From contig NC_057760.1 of the NCBI RefSeq assembly GCF_004010195.1, positions 2,005,376-2,025,375 of the forward strand: a DNA stretch of 20,000 bases, in the 5' to 3' direction. Below are positions 9,341 through 19,579 of the stretch, one piece after another (position 1 is the first letter of the stretch; every line of letters begins with the position of its first letter). Made by a program: the position numbers and the translations under genes. The notes under the pieces are model-generated. The model was not told the DNA's origin. It made no database searches and worked only from the letters and a program-made list of their open reading frames with translations. Source of the DNA: Chiloscyllium plagiosum (Eukaryota).

Positions 9341-11050
9341 TATTCTCGCAGAACGTGGGCAGCATGGCCAAGTATCCCTACTGTCTCTGAAGGTGGGGGT
9401 GAACCACCTTCTTCAACAGCAGCAATCCATGTAAGAGAAGGTGATAGCAAGAAGTTTCCAAGTGTTTGAACCTGCAGTGAAAGAACAGCAATATAAAACC
9501 AGTACAGGCTGATGTGCAAATTGTAGGGGAACCCACAAGTGACAGTTCTGTTCCAATCCAGCTGCTACTGTGTATTTCTTGGTGGTAGAGATCATGGTTT
9601 TGGAAGGTGCAGTCAAAGGAAACTTAGTGAGTTGCTGCAATGTACCTTGTGGATGGCACACTCTGCTACAATTGGACTTCAGCAGTGAAGGGAATGAATA
9701 CTGAAGGTGGTCGATATGTTGCCAGTCATGTGGGACACTTTGTCTTAGACAGTGTTAAGCACCCTATGTTGTTGAGAGTTGCACTCACCCAGGCAAGTGG
9801 AGAAAATTCCATCACTCTCCTGACTTGTACTTGTAGATAGTGGACGGGCTTTGGGGAATCAGGTGATCAGTTTCTTACTGCAGATCTTCAATTTCATACC
9901 TGATGCTGCAGCCAAAGTATTAAAATGGCTGGTCCAAGTCAGTTTCTGGTCAATGGTAACTGCACAATGTTGGTTATGGGGTTTCAGTAATGTTATATCA
10001 GAGGAAGATGGATGTATTCGCTTGTGTTGGAAGACTGACATTGATGACTATTTGTATCGCATGACTGTTACTTGCTGCATATCCCAAGCCCAAATATTAT
10101 TCAGGTCTTGCTGCACGTGGACACACAGTGTATCTGAGAAGTTCTAAATGGTGAAGATAATGCAATCATCAGCAAACATGCCTATCCCTGGCTTCATGAT
10201 GGCAGGAAGGTCATTGATGAAGTAGCTAAAAATAGTAGGGCCTACATCACTGCACTGATGTATTCCTGCAATGTCTTGGCAGTGGGATGACTGACCTCCA
10301 ACAAATTCCTTTGTGCCATGACTGACTCCAACTAGTGGAAAGCTTTGCTTATCAATTCCCACAGACTCCAGTTCTGGCTCCTTCATGCCATACTCACTCA
10401 GATGCTGCCTTGATATCAAAGGGCAGTCATTGTCACTTCACTTTGAGTTCAGTTGAGTGGTTTTGTTTTGTGTGACCCAAGTCTATAACGAGGTCAGTAG
10501 CCATACCGAACTGAGAGCCTGGGAACAATTACATTCTCAGTGCAGGATTAATAGAACTGTCAAGGACACCTTCCATCACTTTGCTGATGACCCAGAGTAG
10601 AGTAATGCTAACTGGCCAGTTTGGATTTGCCCTGCTTTCCGGTACAGGACATACCTAGATAATTTTTCACTAGTCAAGTAGATGCCAGTGTTGTAGCTGT
10701 GCTGGAACTGCTTGTCCAGAAGTGCAGCTATTTCACAGCATTCCTGCACTGCTACTGCTGCTACAATGTTGTCAGGACCATCGCCCACGCAGTGTCTCCA
10801 GTTGATGTCACATGGAATGAATTGATTTGCTTAAAGGCTGGCATCGATGATGTCGGTGACCTCCAGAGGAGACAGAGATGAATTATGCACTTGCCACTTC
10901 CAGCTATAGATGATTGCAAATGCTTCAGCGCCTTTTTTCATATTAGTGTGCTGACTCCCCCATCATTGAGGATGGGGAAATTTCCAGAGCGCTCTCCTCC
11001 ACTATTGGTTGTTTAATTCTGTCCACTATCATTGATGACTAGATGTAGTA
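9341..11050 (-). mobile_element. Decayed non-LTR retrotransposon (CR1/L2 group, second family), RT through 3' end
   Basis: Minus-strand peptides GPTIFSYFINDLP and GMFADDC (10144-10419), TIDQKLTWTSH (9859-10041) and GPDNI (10576-10788). Confidence 0.88.
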
Positions 11051-11051
11051 G

Positions 11052-11380
11052 TGATGTGGAGGAGCCAGTGTTGGACTGGGGTGGACAAAGTTAAAAAACC
11101 ACAAGATAGTGTGTGATTTTTAACGATGACTAAGTGATGGATCATATCTCAGCTCTGCAGTCCAACCACATCTAAGTGTGTAGTCACATGACATCAGATT
11201 ATGGTCTAACATGTTTATTTGAAATTACGAGCTTTGGAGCACTACTCCATCAGGTGAAATGAGCAGCCACCAAATGTTCGTGATTTCAAATAAACCTGTT
11301 GGATGATAATCTGGTGTCACTTGACACAGTGTGATTTTTAATGTTGTCCACCCCAGTCCAACACTGGCATCTCCACATCA
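11052..11380. mobile_element. Rearranged Penelope terminal-repeat hairpin (outer arms ~11052-11100 / 11331-11380; inner arms ~11185-11325)
   Basis: tgatgtggaggagccagtgttggactggggtggacaa versus ttgtccaccccagtccaacactggcatctccacatca. Same family as 1916-2035. Confidence 0.85.
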
Positions 11381-11407
11381 TTTTTCATCGGTATAGACCT
11401 ATCACAT

Positions 11408-11575
11408 GCTCCCTATACTACACTGTTCAAACATCGCAGGACGGGTACAACAGAGCTAAAGAAACAAAGAAAAAGGGTTCCTCTACCCTTTTAACCTAAA
11501 TCTAAAATCTCCCATTCACTGTCCCTATCAAATACTCCCAGGACAGGGACAGCACAGGGTCAGAAACAGTGGAAA
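11408..11575 (+). repeat. Two decayed units of the ~65-bp dispersed minisatellite-type repeat
   Basis: cactgttcaaacatcgcaggacgggtacaacagagct and cactgtccctatcaaatactcccaggacagggacagcacagggt. Homologous to 5064-5128. Confidence 0.65.
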
Positions 11576-11638
11576 ATAGATTCTCGACATGAAACTGTTT
11601 CTCTTTCACAGACCTGAGTATTTTCAGTATTCTCTATA

Positions 11639-11846
11639 CAGACAGTCCCCAGGTTACAATCCGGTTCTGCTCTGGAGTATGTTCAAGTCAATTTGTACAC
11701 AAATCAGAACACTTTACAGTACTGTATAAAATATCAGTTCGTAGTTATGAGCAAGCATGTCAGATCCTTAAAATTAATAGTAATATGGGATTTAGTTTCC
11801 AAATAGTCACGTGACTTGTAAATGCTTTTATAAAATGGGACCCCTG
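11639..11846. mobile_element. Tc1/mariner (Tigger/pogo-like) MITE with TA TSD, inserted in a Penelope-derived fragment (11585-11636 plus 11849-11890)
   Basis: TA|cagacagtccccaggttacaa ... ttataaaatgggacccctg|TA gives imperfect TIRs starting CAG, with TA at 11637-11638 and 11847-11848. The host repeat resumes as tttatttcagatttc. Confidence 0.65.
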
Positions 11847-11944
11847 TATTTATTTCAGATTTCTGTTATTTGCTGCATTTTGCTCTTGTTACATCAGCCA
11901 GTTTGAAATCAGTTGTGGAAAGGGCAAAGAAAAAGTAATTCTGA

Positions 11945-12116
11945 AAACAATAGTTTAACTGATGTTTCTCAATCCTGTTCCTAGATCCGTGCTGTCCTAC
12001 AAATAACTGCTTTGCCAATAAAACCACAACTGCACATTTAAATTCATATAGTACTTGAAGTGCTTTGGGAGGGTGTGTGGCGAGATGAGGAGGAATTGTA
12101 CAAATGCAAACTTTTG
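11945..12116 (+). mobile_element. Ancient DeuSINE-like (SacSINE1/AmnSINE1-related) 3' remnant
   Basis: gctgtcctacaaataactgc...gaagtgctttggga...tacaaatgcaaactttt resembles the recalled Deu-domain end and L2-derived tail. Highly diverged. Confidence 0.45.
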
Positions 12117-12547
12117 ATGTTGCACTTGACAGCTTTTCATGTCTCTCCCTTTACCTCGTGATATTGTCAGGGTCAAAAGCAGACACAGGGCACACAACAG
12201 AATCAAAGCCAAGTGACTATGTGCAGAAGCTAACTATTGGTGAGGAGAAATGCTAGACGTGCTGTCACACTAGCCCCTAATTCTTCCAGTACGCAATGAC
12301 ACTGCACGTATCACAGGATAACAAACAGAAAACAGGAGCCCTGGTCGATATCTCCCCACTGTACTCTACGGGAATGAAACGTCATCAAATGCTATCCTAG
12401 CTGTTGCTCCAGCTTAGTCCCCTTCCCACAGATACCAAATACATGCCCTTGAATAGTTTTCAACAAGGCATCAATTGGTTTGTAATCTACACAGTAACGT
12501 GGACAGCCACGCAGCACATAATTCTGCCTAATTATGTAACAGCATCG

Positions 12548-13117
12548 GCTTCCGCAAAGACCGTTCCCTCCGTGACTACCTGGTCAGGTCCATGCACCCC
12601 TACAACCCACCCTCCCATCCTGACACATTCCCCTGCCACCACAGGAACTGCAAAACCTGCGCCCACACCTCCTCCCTCACCTCCATCCAAGACCCTAAAG
12701 GAGCCTTCCACATCCAAAGTTTTACCTGCACATCCACCAATATCATTTATTGTATCCGTTGCTCCTGATGCTGTCTTCTCTACATTGGGGAGACTGGACA
12801 CCTCCTAGTACAGCGCTTTAGGGAACATCTCCGGGACACCCGCACCAATCAACCACACCGCCCCGTGGCCCAACATTTCAACCCCCCCTCCCACTCTGCC
12901 AAGGACATGGAGGTCCTGGGCCTCCTTCACCGCCGCTCCCTCACCACCAGANNNNNNNNNNNNNNNNNNNCCCACCCTCCTCTAGCTTATCTCTCCACGC
13001 TTCAGGCTCTCTGCCTTTATTCCTGATGAAGGGCTTTTGCCCGAAACGTCGATTTTACTGCTCCTCGGATGCTGCCTGAACTGCTGTGCTCTTCCAGCAC
13101 CACTAATCCAGAATCTG
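12548..13117 (+). mobile_element. Penelope-like element 3' part: GIY-YIG endonuclease remnant plus terminal repeat
   Basis: Frame from 12550 reads FRKDRSLRDYLVRS...FPCHHRNCKTCAH...FTCTSTNIIYCIRCS*CCLLYIGETGHLLVQRFREHL...PVAQHFN. Single stop at 12766-12768 (likely CGA>TGA). 19-N gap at 12952-12970, then a terminal repeat with a hammerhead core. Confidence 0.95.
13019..13054 (+). ncRNA. Minimal type I hammerhead ribozyme motif
   Basis: CTGATGA (13023-13029)-a-gggc-tttt-gccc-GAAA (13043-13046)-c-GTC. Stem II is perfect, stem III is the palindrome ACGT, and predicted cleavage is after C13050. Stem I is weak (attc/gatt). Confidence 0.7.
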
Positions 13118-13950
13118 ATTTACTAAACCCTACTTTACAAAACACAGAAGTGAAACAGTTTTACAAACTGACTAGATCACTAAAACTCAACCCACTAATG
13201 CCATTCAGATCAAGGATTCTTCTGTCACTACATGGAGTGGCTGACAATAACAGTCTAACTCTTAAAAATTCTCTGAGCAAATAGATGATAAAACACTTTG
13301 CTAGTGTCATCCACAACCCAAAAATAATCAAAATAAAAATCCACTGAAAGAAGTTTCGAAAAAAATTGCAAGTTTCAAAAATAAATGGAGAAAAAAAATT
13401 AGCACATTCTTTTTTTAAAGTAGCAAGTACAGCTTCTGGTGCATATGACTTCCCGCCCAGAACTACAAATACTAATACATGTGATTTATAGAAACAGTGA
13501 AGACAGAAATACATGGCACTGATGAGGTACTGTAATACCTGTGATTCATAATTGAAAACATTCAAAACTAGCTCTAGCATTTAAACGCATTAATAAAATT
13601 GCTGGTGTTGAGAGACACCCAGAACTGCAGTCATATAAATCTAGTTAGAATTAACAGAAACAAACAAATAATTACACAAGCGAGAGTTCTGGAGGTACAA
13701 GTTTTAAAACCAGACTATATCCACAGTAGAAACATACACCCACAGTTTAATTAATTTACATTAATTATAAAATGAAATAAAGGGTACATAGGAACTGTCT
13801 TTTATAAAAGAATTTAAGTTTCAAAATAATAAATAGTTTTGCTAAATGTTGAGAAATTAACAACAAATCTCCTACAAGATCCAGAACTACAAACCACACT
13901 TTCTTTACAAACCAGTCACAGGGACATAGCAGTAGTGCCTGGTCCACCAT

Positions 13951-14018
13951 TTAACTTTGTTTCTTGCTCCACAGATACTGCCAGACCTGCTGAATTTCTC
14001 CAGCACTTTCTGGTTTTA
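13951..14018 (+). mobile_element. Penelope-derived short repeat fragment
   Basis: ccacagatactgccagacctgctgaatttctccagcac is homologous to 4521-4560. Confidence 0.7.
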
Positions 14019-14622
14019 TGCCAGCCAACTAGTTCAGGTTGGTTCTACGCTGGAATGGAATTTACAAGCAGTCACCCAATTCTAAAACTTCATAGAATGG
14101 AAATTACCTTTAGAAACAAGATGCTGAAGCCTGAAAAAGGATTATGTGAAAACATCTACTTAGCAGCTGAATAATATTGCATCACAACAGCTCACCGCAT
14201 GGCCAGAATAACATCAGTTCCACAGGTAATAATAGGCTAACAGCTCCACCTTTGTAGCATAATATACTGAACACAACTGTTCCATTTTGGTAGAAGTACT
14301 GCGTTCCACAACAGCTCTAAATCAGCTATGGATAATACCCCTGCAGGAAAAGATACCATGCTGTAACATCAGTCTAATGCATGAATACATCACACCCCAA
14401 GCAATAATACTGCTCATCTCGACTGCTTCGTTAGTGGAGTTAACACAACTCCTTAAAATGTCTATCAGCAGAACAATGTCATTCCATAAGGTGTCCATGC
14501 CACCTGCAGAATACCACTACTTTAGATGTCCACCTTAGCAGCATAATACTGCCCCTACATCCAGCTCTACAATAGAATAATAATACCACGCCCTTAATGT
14601 ATCCACCACAACAGTGGTATAG

Positions 14623-14864
14623 TTTTTCTAATTCATTCACAGAACATGGGTATCATTGACTGGCCAGCATTTATTGTCCCTTGAGTACGTGGCAGTGAGC
14701 TGTCTTTTTAAACCACTGCAGTCCACCTGTTGTAGACAGACCCACAATGCCATAAAGGAAAAAATTCCAGGGTTTTAATCCAGCAACAGTGAAGGAACAA
14801 TTACAGATTTCCAAGGCAGGATGGTGAATGGCTTGGAGGGGGAAGTTGCAGGTGGTGGTGTTCC
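14623..14864 (-). mobile_element. 3' end of the CR1/L2-group LINE (same family as 9341-11050)
   Basis: Minus-strand C-terminus GLQWFKKTAHCHVLKGQ* followed by aataaatgctggcc. Homologous to 15663-15910. Confidence 0.85.
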
Positions 14865-15259
14865 TACTCCTGAATGTGCCCACCTCAGCAGCTCCTTTGT
14901 CTCCCCTTCATTTTCACAAACATCTGAATGGCTTTCTCACCACCAAATCACTAACGTTTTTTTCTAAACCATTAACCATCACCACTTGTGTAGCTAATTA
15001 GAAATGTACATGCAAAGCCCAGTACAATGCATACAAACGTGATGATTGTGGGGGGGGGGGGGGCGGTGGCAAGATGGTAGGTAGTCACCTCAACAACTTA
15101 ATACCACTCCTTAATATGTCCACCTAAGCAGAATAAAGTCAGTCCTTAATTATATTCACTTCAGAAGAATCATAGAGCCCCTTTATCTGTGCAGCTCTGC
15201 ATTATAACATCATTCCTTAGCTCCTCCACTTTAGCAGCAAATTCTACTTTATAACATGA

Positions 15260-15410
15260 TTCTTGATCAGTAGTGGAATTAGGATTATGGGGAAAAGGGC
15301 AGGAAAGTGGAAGCGAGGAGTGTAGAAAGAGCCAAGATCCTACTGAATGGTGGAACAGGTTTAGGGGTGCTGGAACAACACATGCTTGTTCTTATTTCTT
15401 ATGGACTATG
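15260..15410 (+). mobile_element. CR1 LINE 3'-UTR fragment
   Basis: ggattatggggaaaagggcaggaaagtgga...gatcctactgaatggtggaacagg...tcttatggactatg is a typical CR1 3' terminus (recall). Confidence 0.6.
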
Positions 15411-15662
15411 AGAAAGCCCCTTTCATCCTCCTTAGCAACAGAATAATACCACTCTTGAACAAAGAGGACCATTACTGATCAGCAACTCAAGTTTTTTTTT
15501 GGGTTATGAAGAGGCATCCTGCAAGTGCGCAAAAAATTGCCTGCTTTGCGATGCGAAAAACTCAACTTGTAGCAACCCACTCAAAGGTTCACTTTGCAAA
15601 AATAAAGCGTTCACGAGGAAACAAAACAATTCAAAGATGCAGCCATCTATTTGGCTGCCCGG

Positions 15663-16200
15663 TTTATGGGACATGAGGGTCATTAGTTGGACCAGCATTT
15701 ATTGCCCGTACCTGTTGCCCCTTGAGAATGGAATGATGAGCTATCTTCTTGAACTGTTGCAGTACATATCCTTTAAGTAGACTCACTGTCGTTAGGGAGA
15801 GAATTCAGGAATTTTGACTCAGTGACACTGAAGGACTAGCAATATATTTCAAGTCAGGATGGTCAGTAGCTTGGAGGGGGAGCTTGCAGGGGGTAGTGTT
15901 CCCATGTATCTGCCGCCCTTGTCCTTCTAGAAGTGGTCATGGGTTTGGAAGGTGCCGTCTAAAGATCTTTGGTGAATTTCTGCAGAGCATCTGTGCAAGG
16001 ATTGAAGGTGGATGTGATGCCAGTCAAGCAGGCTACTTTGTCTTGTATGGTGTTGAACTTCTTGAGCATTGTTGGGGCTGTACTCATCCAGACAAATGGG
16101 GAGTATTCCATTACACTTCTGACTTGTGACTTCATATAGAGGACAGGGTTTGGAAAGTCAGGTGGCGAGTCATTTGCTACAATATTCCTCACCTCTGACC
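15663..16200 (-). mobile_element. 3' fragment of the CR1/L2-group LINE
   Basis: Minus-strand KSQVRSVMEYSPFVWMSTAPTMLKKFNTIQDKVACL. Collinear with 9350-9900. Confidence 0.88.
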
Positions 16201-16276
16201 TTGCCAACTCTGACAAGTGCAACGGATATATTTTAAGCAAACAGATTACTGGAGAAACTCAATGGGTCTGGCAGTA

Positions 16277-16989
16277 AGTGTGGCACAGTGGTTCGCACTG
16301 CTGCCTCAATGTCAGGGATGACTGTCTGTGTGCAGTTTGCACATTCTCTCCCTTGATTCCTCCCACAGTCCAACGATTAACCATGGGAAATGCAGGGTTA
16401 CTGGGTAGCGAAGTGCATGCTGGCTCAGTGGTTAGCACTGCTGCCTCAGAGCACCAAGGACCCGGGTTTGATTCTAGCCTTGCGCGACTGTGTGGAGTTT
16501 GCACATTCTCCCCGTGTCTGCGCGGGTTTCCTCTGGGTGCTTCAGTTTCCTCCCACAATCCAAAGATGTGCAGGTTAGGGTGGATTGGCCATTCTAAATT
16601 ACCTGTAGCGTTAGGTGCATTAGTCAGAGGGAAATGGATCTGGGTGGATTACTCTTCGGAGGGTCGGTGTGGACCTGTTGGGCCGAAGGGCCTGTTTCCA
16701 TACTATAGGGAATCTAATCTAATCTAATCTGGGTGGGTTGCTCTTTGGAGGGTTAGCATGGACTGATTGGCTGAATGGCGTGCTTCCACAATCCAAATAT
16801 GTGCAGGTCAGGTTAATTGCCCATGCCGAATGGCCGATAGTGTTAGGTGCATTAGTCAGAGGCAAACATAGGGTAGAGGAATGGGTCTGGGTGGGTTACT
16901 CTTCGGAGGGTCGGTGTGGATTTGTTGGGCTGAAGGGCCTGTTTCCATACTGTAGGGAAACAAAACATCACACTGTACTGATTCTATGA
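16277..16989 (+). mobile_element. Cluster of three nested HE1-type SINEs (old host copy; near-full copy 16413-16730; 5'-truncated copy ~16786-16959)
   Basis: A box tggctcagtgg, V-domain and (aatct)4 tail in the middle copy. Host pieces at 16277-16412, 16731-16790 and 16970-16989. Confidence 0.88.
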
Positions 16990-17114
16990 GTATGTGAAAA
17001 AAGACCCACTGTTTTCTCTCTCTCATGCTCAGTTTCTCCAGCAATTTCGGTTTTTGTTTTGGATCCCAATCAGATCCGCAATTATGTCATATTTTACTTG
17101 ACTATGTCAGGTTT

Positions 17115-17560
17115 TAAGTTGGGGTGGGGGGGTTGCATTTCTGGTCAGGGTTGATATCACGGCTGTGCTAAAGGAGGACACTATGGAGGGCTTAAGCAGT
17201 GAGGCATGATGGGTGGTGCTGAGAAATAAGGGTGCAGTTACATTGCTGGGGCTGTACTACAGGCCTCCCAACATGAGGGTGAGGTAGAAGAACAAATAGG
17301 TTAACAGATTATGGAAAGATATAGAGGCAACAGGGTGGTGGTGATGGAAGATTTTAATTTTCCTAACATTGTCAGAGGCCTCGATGGGGCAGAATTTGTA
17401 AGGAGCTTCCAGCAAAGTTTTCTGGAGCAGTATGTCAATAGTCCAACTAGGGAAGGGGCCATATTGGACCTGGTGTTGGGGAATGAGCCAGGCCAGGTGG
17501 TAGAAGTTGCAGTGGGCGATTTCTTTGGGAATAGTGTCCACAATTCTGTAAGTTTTAGAA
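17115..17560 (+). mobile_element. CR1 ORF2 APE endonuclease fragment
   Basis: GGGVAFLV, LGLYYRPPN, VVVMEDFNFPNI, PTREGAILDLVLGNEPGQV and GNSVHNSVSF. Confidence 0.92.
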
Positions 17561-17878
17561 ATCACACAACACCAGATAATAGTCCAATAGGTTTAGTTGG
17601 AAGCACTAGCTTTTGGAGCGCTGCTCCTTAATCAGGTGATTGTGGAGAATAAGATTGTAAGACACCCAATTTATAGCAAATATTTACAGTGTGATGTAAC
17701 TGAAATTATATATTGAAAAAGACCTGGATTGTTAAGTCTCACGTCTTTTAAAATGACCGTGTTGGTTTCAGTTCTTTCCTCTGTAAATCGCAAACTTTTT
17801 TAGAAGTTACATTCTCAAGTGAACTTTAACAATTGGTGTCATGGTGGCCCAGATAATGCATTGACGGTGTCAGCTGCC
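17559..17878 (-). mobile_element. Penelope-like element 3' region/terminal repeat with mutated hammerhead core
   Basis: 17559-17638 matches 1959-2035. Minus strand reads cac-CTGATTA-a-ggagc-agc-gctcc-AAAA-gcta-gtg, i.e. two core mutations. The extent beyond 17640 is from recall of the family. Confidence 0.75.
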
Positions 17879-17879
17879 T

Positions 17880-19320
17880 GATAGATTCAAGCTTCGAGTG
17901 TTTTTGAAGCTGCACTCATCCAGGTAAGTGGTGAATATTCCATCACAATCCTGACTCATACTTTGATGATAGTAGAGAAGTTTTCGGAAGGCAGCGGGTG
18001 AATTATTCACTTCAAGATTCCCAGTCTTTGACCTGCTCGTGTAGCCACTGTATTTATATTGCAAGTCTACTTGAGTTTCTGATTTGGATTTTGAGAATGG
18101 GAGATTCAATATTCAAACTGCATGGAATCATAAGAGATACACAGCACAGAAACAGACCCTTCAGTCCAACTCATCCATGCCAACCAGACATCCTAACCTA
18201 ATTTAGTCCCATTTGCCAACACTTGGCCCATATCCCTCTAAACCCTTTGTACTCATATACCCATCTGAATATCTTTTACATGTTATAATTGTACCAGCCT
18301 CCACTACTTCCTCTGGCAGCTCACTTCTCACTGTATGAGAACAAGATTCCTTTTAAATCTTTACCCTGTCACCTTAAACTTAAGCCCTCTGGTGTTTGGA
18401 CTCCTCCAACCCTGGGGAAAAGAACTTGCCTATTTACCTTATCCATGTCTCTCATGATTTTATGAATGTCAAGAGGTGATGGTTAGATTCTCTCTTGTTG
18501 GAGATGGTCATTGTCTGGCATTTGTGTGGATCAAACATTATCCAGTTTGGGCTGACAACTGGCAAGTAATGTCCAGATCGTGTTGCATTTGAATATGGAC
18601 TGCTTTAATATCTGAGGAGTTGTGAATGGTACTGAACATTATGCAATCAGCAAACATTTCTACTTCTGACCTTATGATGGATAGAAGATCACTTATAAAA
18701 TTAGCTGAAGATCATTGGGCCAAGGACACTACTCTGAAGAATTCCTGCAGAGATGTCCTGGAGCTGACGTGAGTGACCTCTGATAACCAGAACCATCTTC
18801 CTGTATGCCAGGTATGATTCCAACCAGCAGACAGTTTTCCTCCTGTTTCTCATTGCTTCCAGTTTTGCTAGGGCTCCTTGATGCCACACTCTGTTAAATT
18901 TGGCCTTGACATCAAGAGCTGTCATTCTCACCTCACCTCAGAAATTCAGTTCTTTTATCCATGTTTGATCCACATCTGAAATAAGGTCAGGAGCTAATGG
19001 CTCTGTCAGAAGTCAAAGTGGACATCAGTGAGTAGATTATTGTTAAGCAGGAGTTGCTTGATACACCTTCTATCATTTTTTTCTGATAATTAAGAGTAGA
19101 TTGATGAGGCGGTAATTGGATTGGATCTGTGCTACTTTCTACGAAAACTTGCCCAGTTATGTCCTGTATACATTGATGGTTAAATGTTGGTGTTGTAACT
19201 GTACTGGAATAGCTTGGCGAGGAGCTGGCAATTTCTGGAGCATAAGTCTTCAGTACTATCGCTGGAATGTTGTGAAGACCTTAAGCCCTAGCATCTCCAA
19301 CTGCTTCTTGATGTCATATT
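17880..19320 (-). mobile_element. CR1/L2-group LINE RT fragment, interrupted by CR1 3' end at 18125-18463
   Basis: Minus-strand ALDVKAKFNRVWHQGALAKL...ISAGILQSSVLGPMIFS. Collinear with 9760-10800. Confidence 0.88.
18125..18463 (-). mobile_element. 5'-truncated CR1 3' end
   Basis: Reverse complement aligns with 7960-8310 (ataaaatcatgag...ggataaggtaa...gggatatgggccaagtg...ttggactgaaggg). Confidence 0.88.
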
Positions 19321-19454
19321 GCACTAGTGTAAACTTCAGAACTTTATTAATTGCTAGTGACTTGAAAGAATTGATAAACTGTGACAGACAGAGCAGTCAA
19401 CATTAACTCTTAAATAGAAGCACAATCTTATGCAGGAATTGAACGCAATTGGCC

Positions 19455-19502
19455 GTGTGTGTGTATGCATGTGTGTGTGTGTGAGTGAGTGAGAGAGAGA
19501 GA
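19455..19502. repeat. Compound (TG)n/(GA)n microsatellite
   Basis: gtgtgtgtgtatgcatgtgtgtgtgtgtgagtgagtgagagagagaga. Confidence 0.95.
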
Positions 19503-19528
19503 CATGAGTTCTGTCTTCTCTCAAACAG

Positions 19529-19579
19529 CAGATTGTTAATGAATTATATAGCTTCTTACAGGGAGCAGAATCCAAATAA
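19529..19579 (+). CDS. Candidate terminal coding exon QIVNELYSFLQGAESK*; host gene not identified
   Basis: Acceptor ttctgtcttctctcaaacag|cag| (NAGNAG) and stop TAA at 19577-19579. Phase-compatible with 1618-1689. A second frame is also open, so support is weak. Confidence 0.25.
   Translation, partial: QIVNELYSFLQGAESK

Larger units (their letters stand above)
14150..15460 (+). repeat. Ancient degenerate ~35-bp tandem array (approx. consensus ccacytcagcagaataataccactccttaayatgt), interrupted by later insertions
   Basis: Unit starts at 15086, 15121, 15157, 15192 and 15227 (spacings 35, 36, 35, 35). Related units at 14501, 14531, 14604, 14881 and ~15427. Confidence 0.7.

Noticed and set aside
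12155..12216. Minus-strand segment reading SLGFDSVVCPVSAFDPDNIT (cadherin-like AxDPD) or a signal-peptide-like LALILLCALCLLL
   Set aside because: Weak acceptor with several upstream AGs, two frames equally plausible, and no neighbouring cadherin motifs.
12404..12808. 134-aa Pro/Thr-rich ORF as a mucin-like protein
   Set aside because: Off-frame translation of the C-rich Penelope GIY-YIG coding sequence.
12952..12970. Run of 19 N
   Set aside because: Assembly gap inside the Penelope copy. The true element length is unknown and the gap is not a biological feature.
15050..15063. G14 run as a functional G-quadruplex
   Set aside because: Simple homopolymer with no supporting context, and its length is error-prone.
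14150..15460. CRISPR array
   Set aside because: Eukaryotic context, diverged head-to-tail units with no constant repeat/unique spacer alternation, and no cas genes.
15499..15660. Cys-rich ORF (SCKCAKNCLLCD) as a metallothionein or zinc-finger exon
   Set aside because: No usable acceptor or ATG, the ORF runs into a LINE tail, and the Cys spacing matches no family I recognise.
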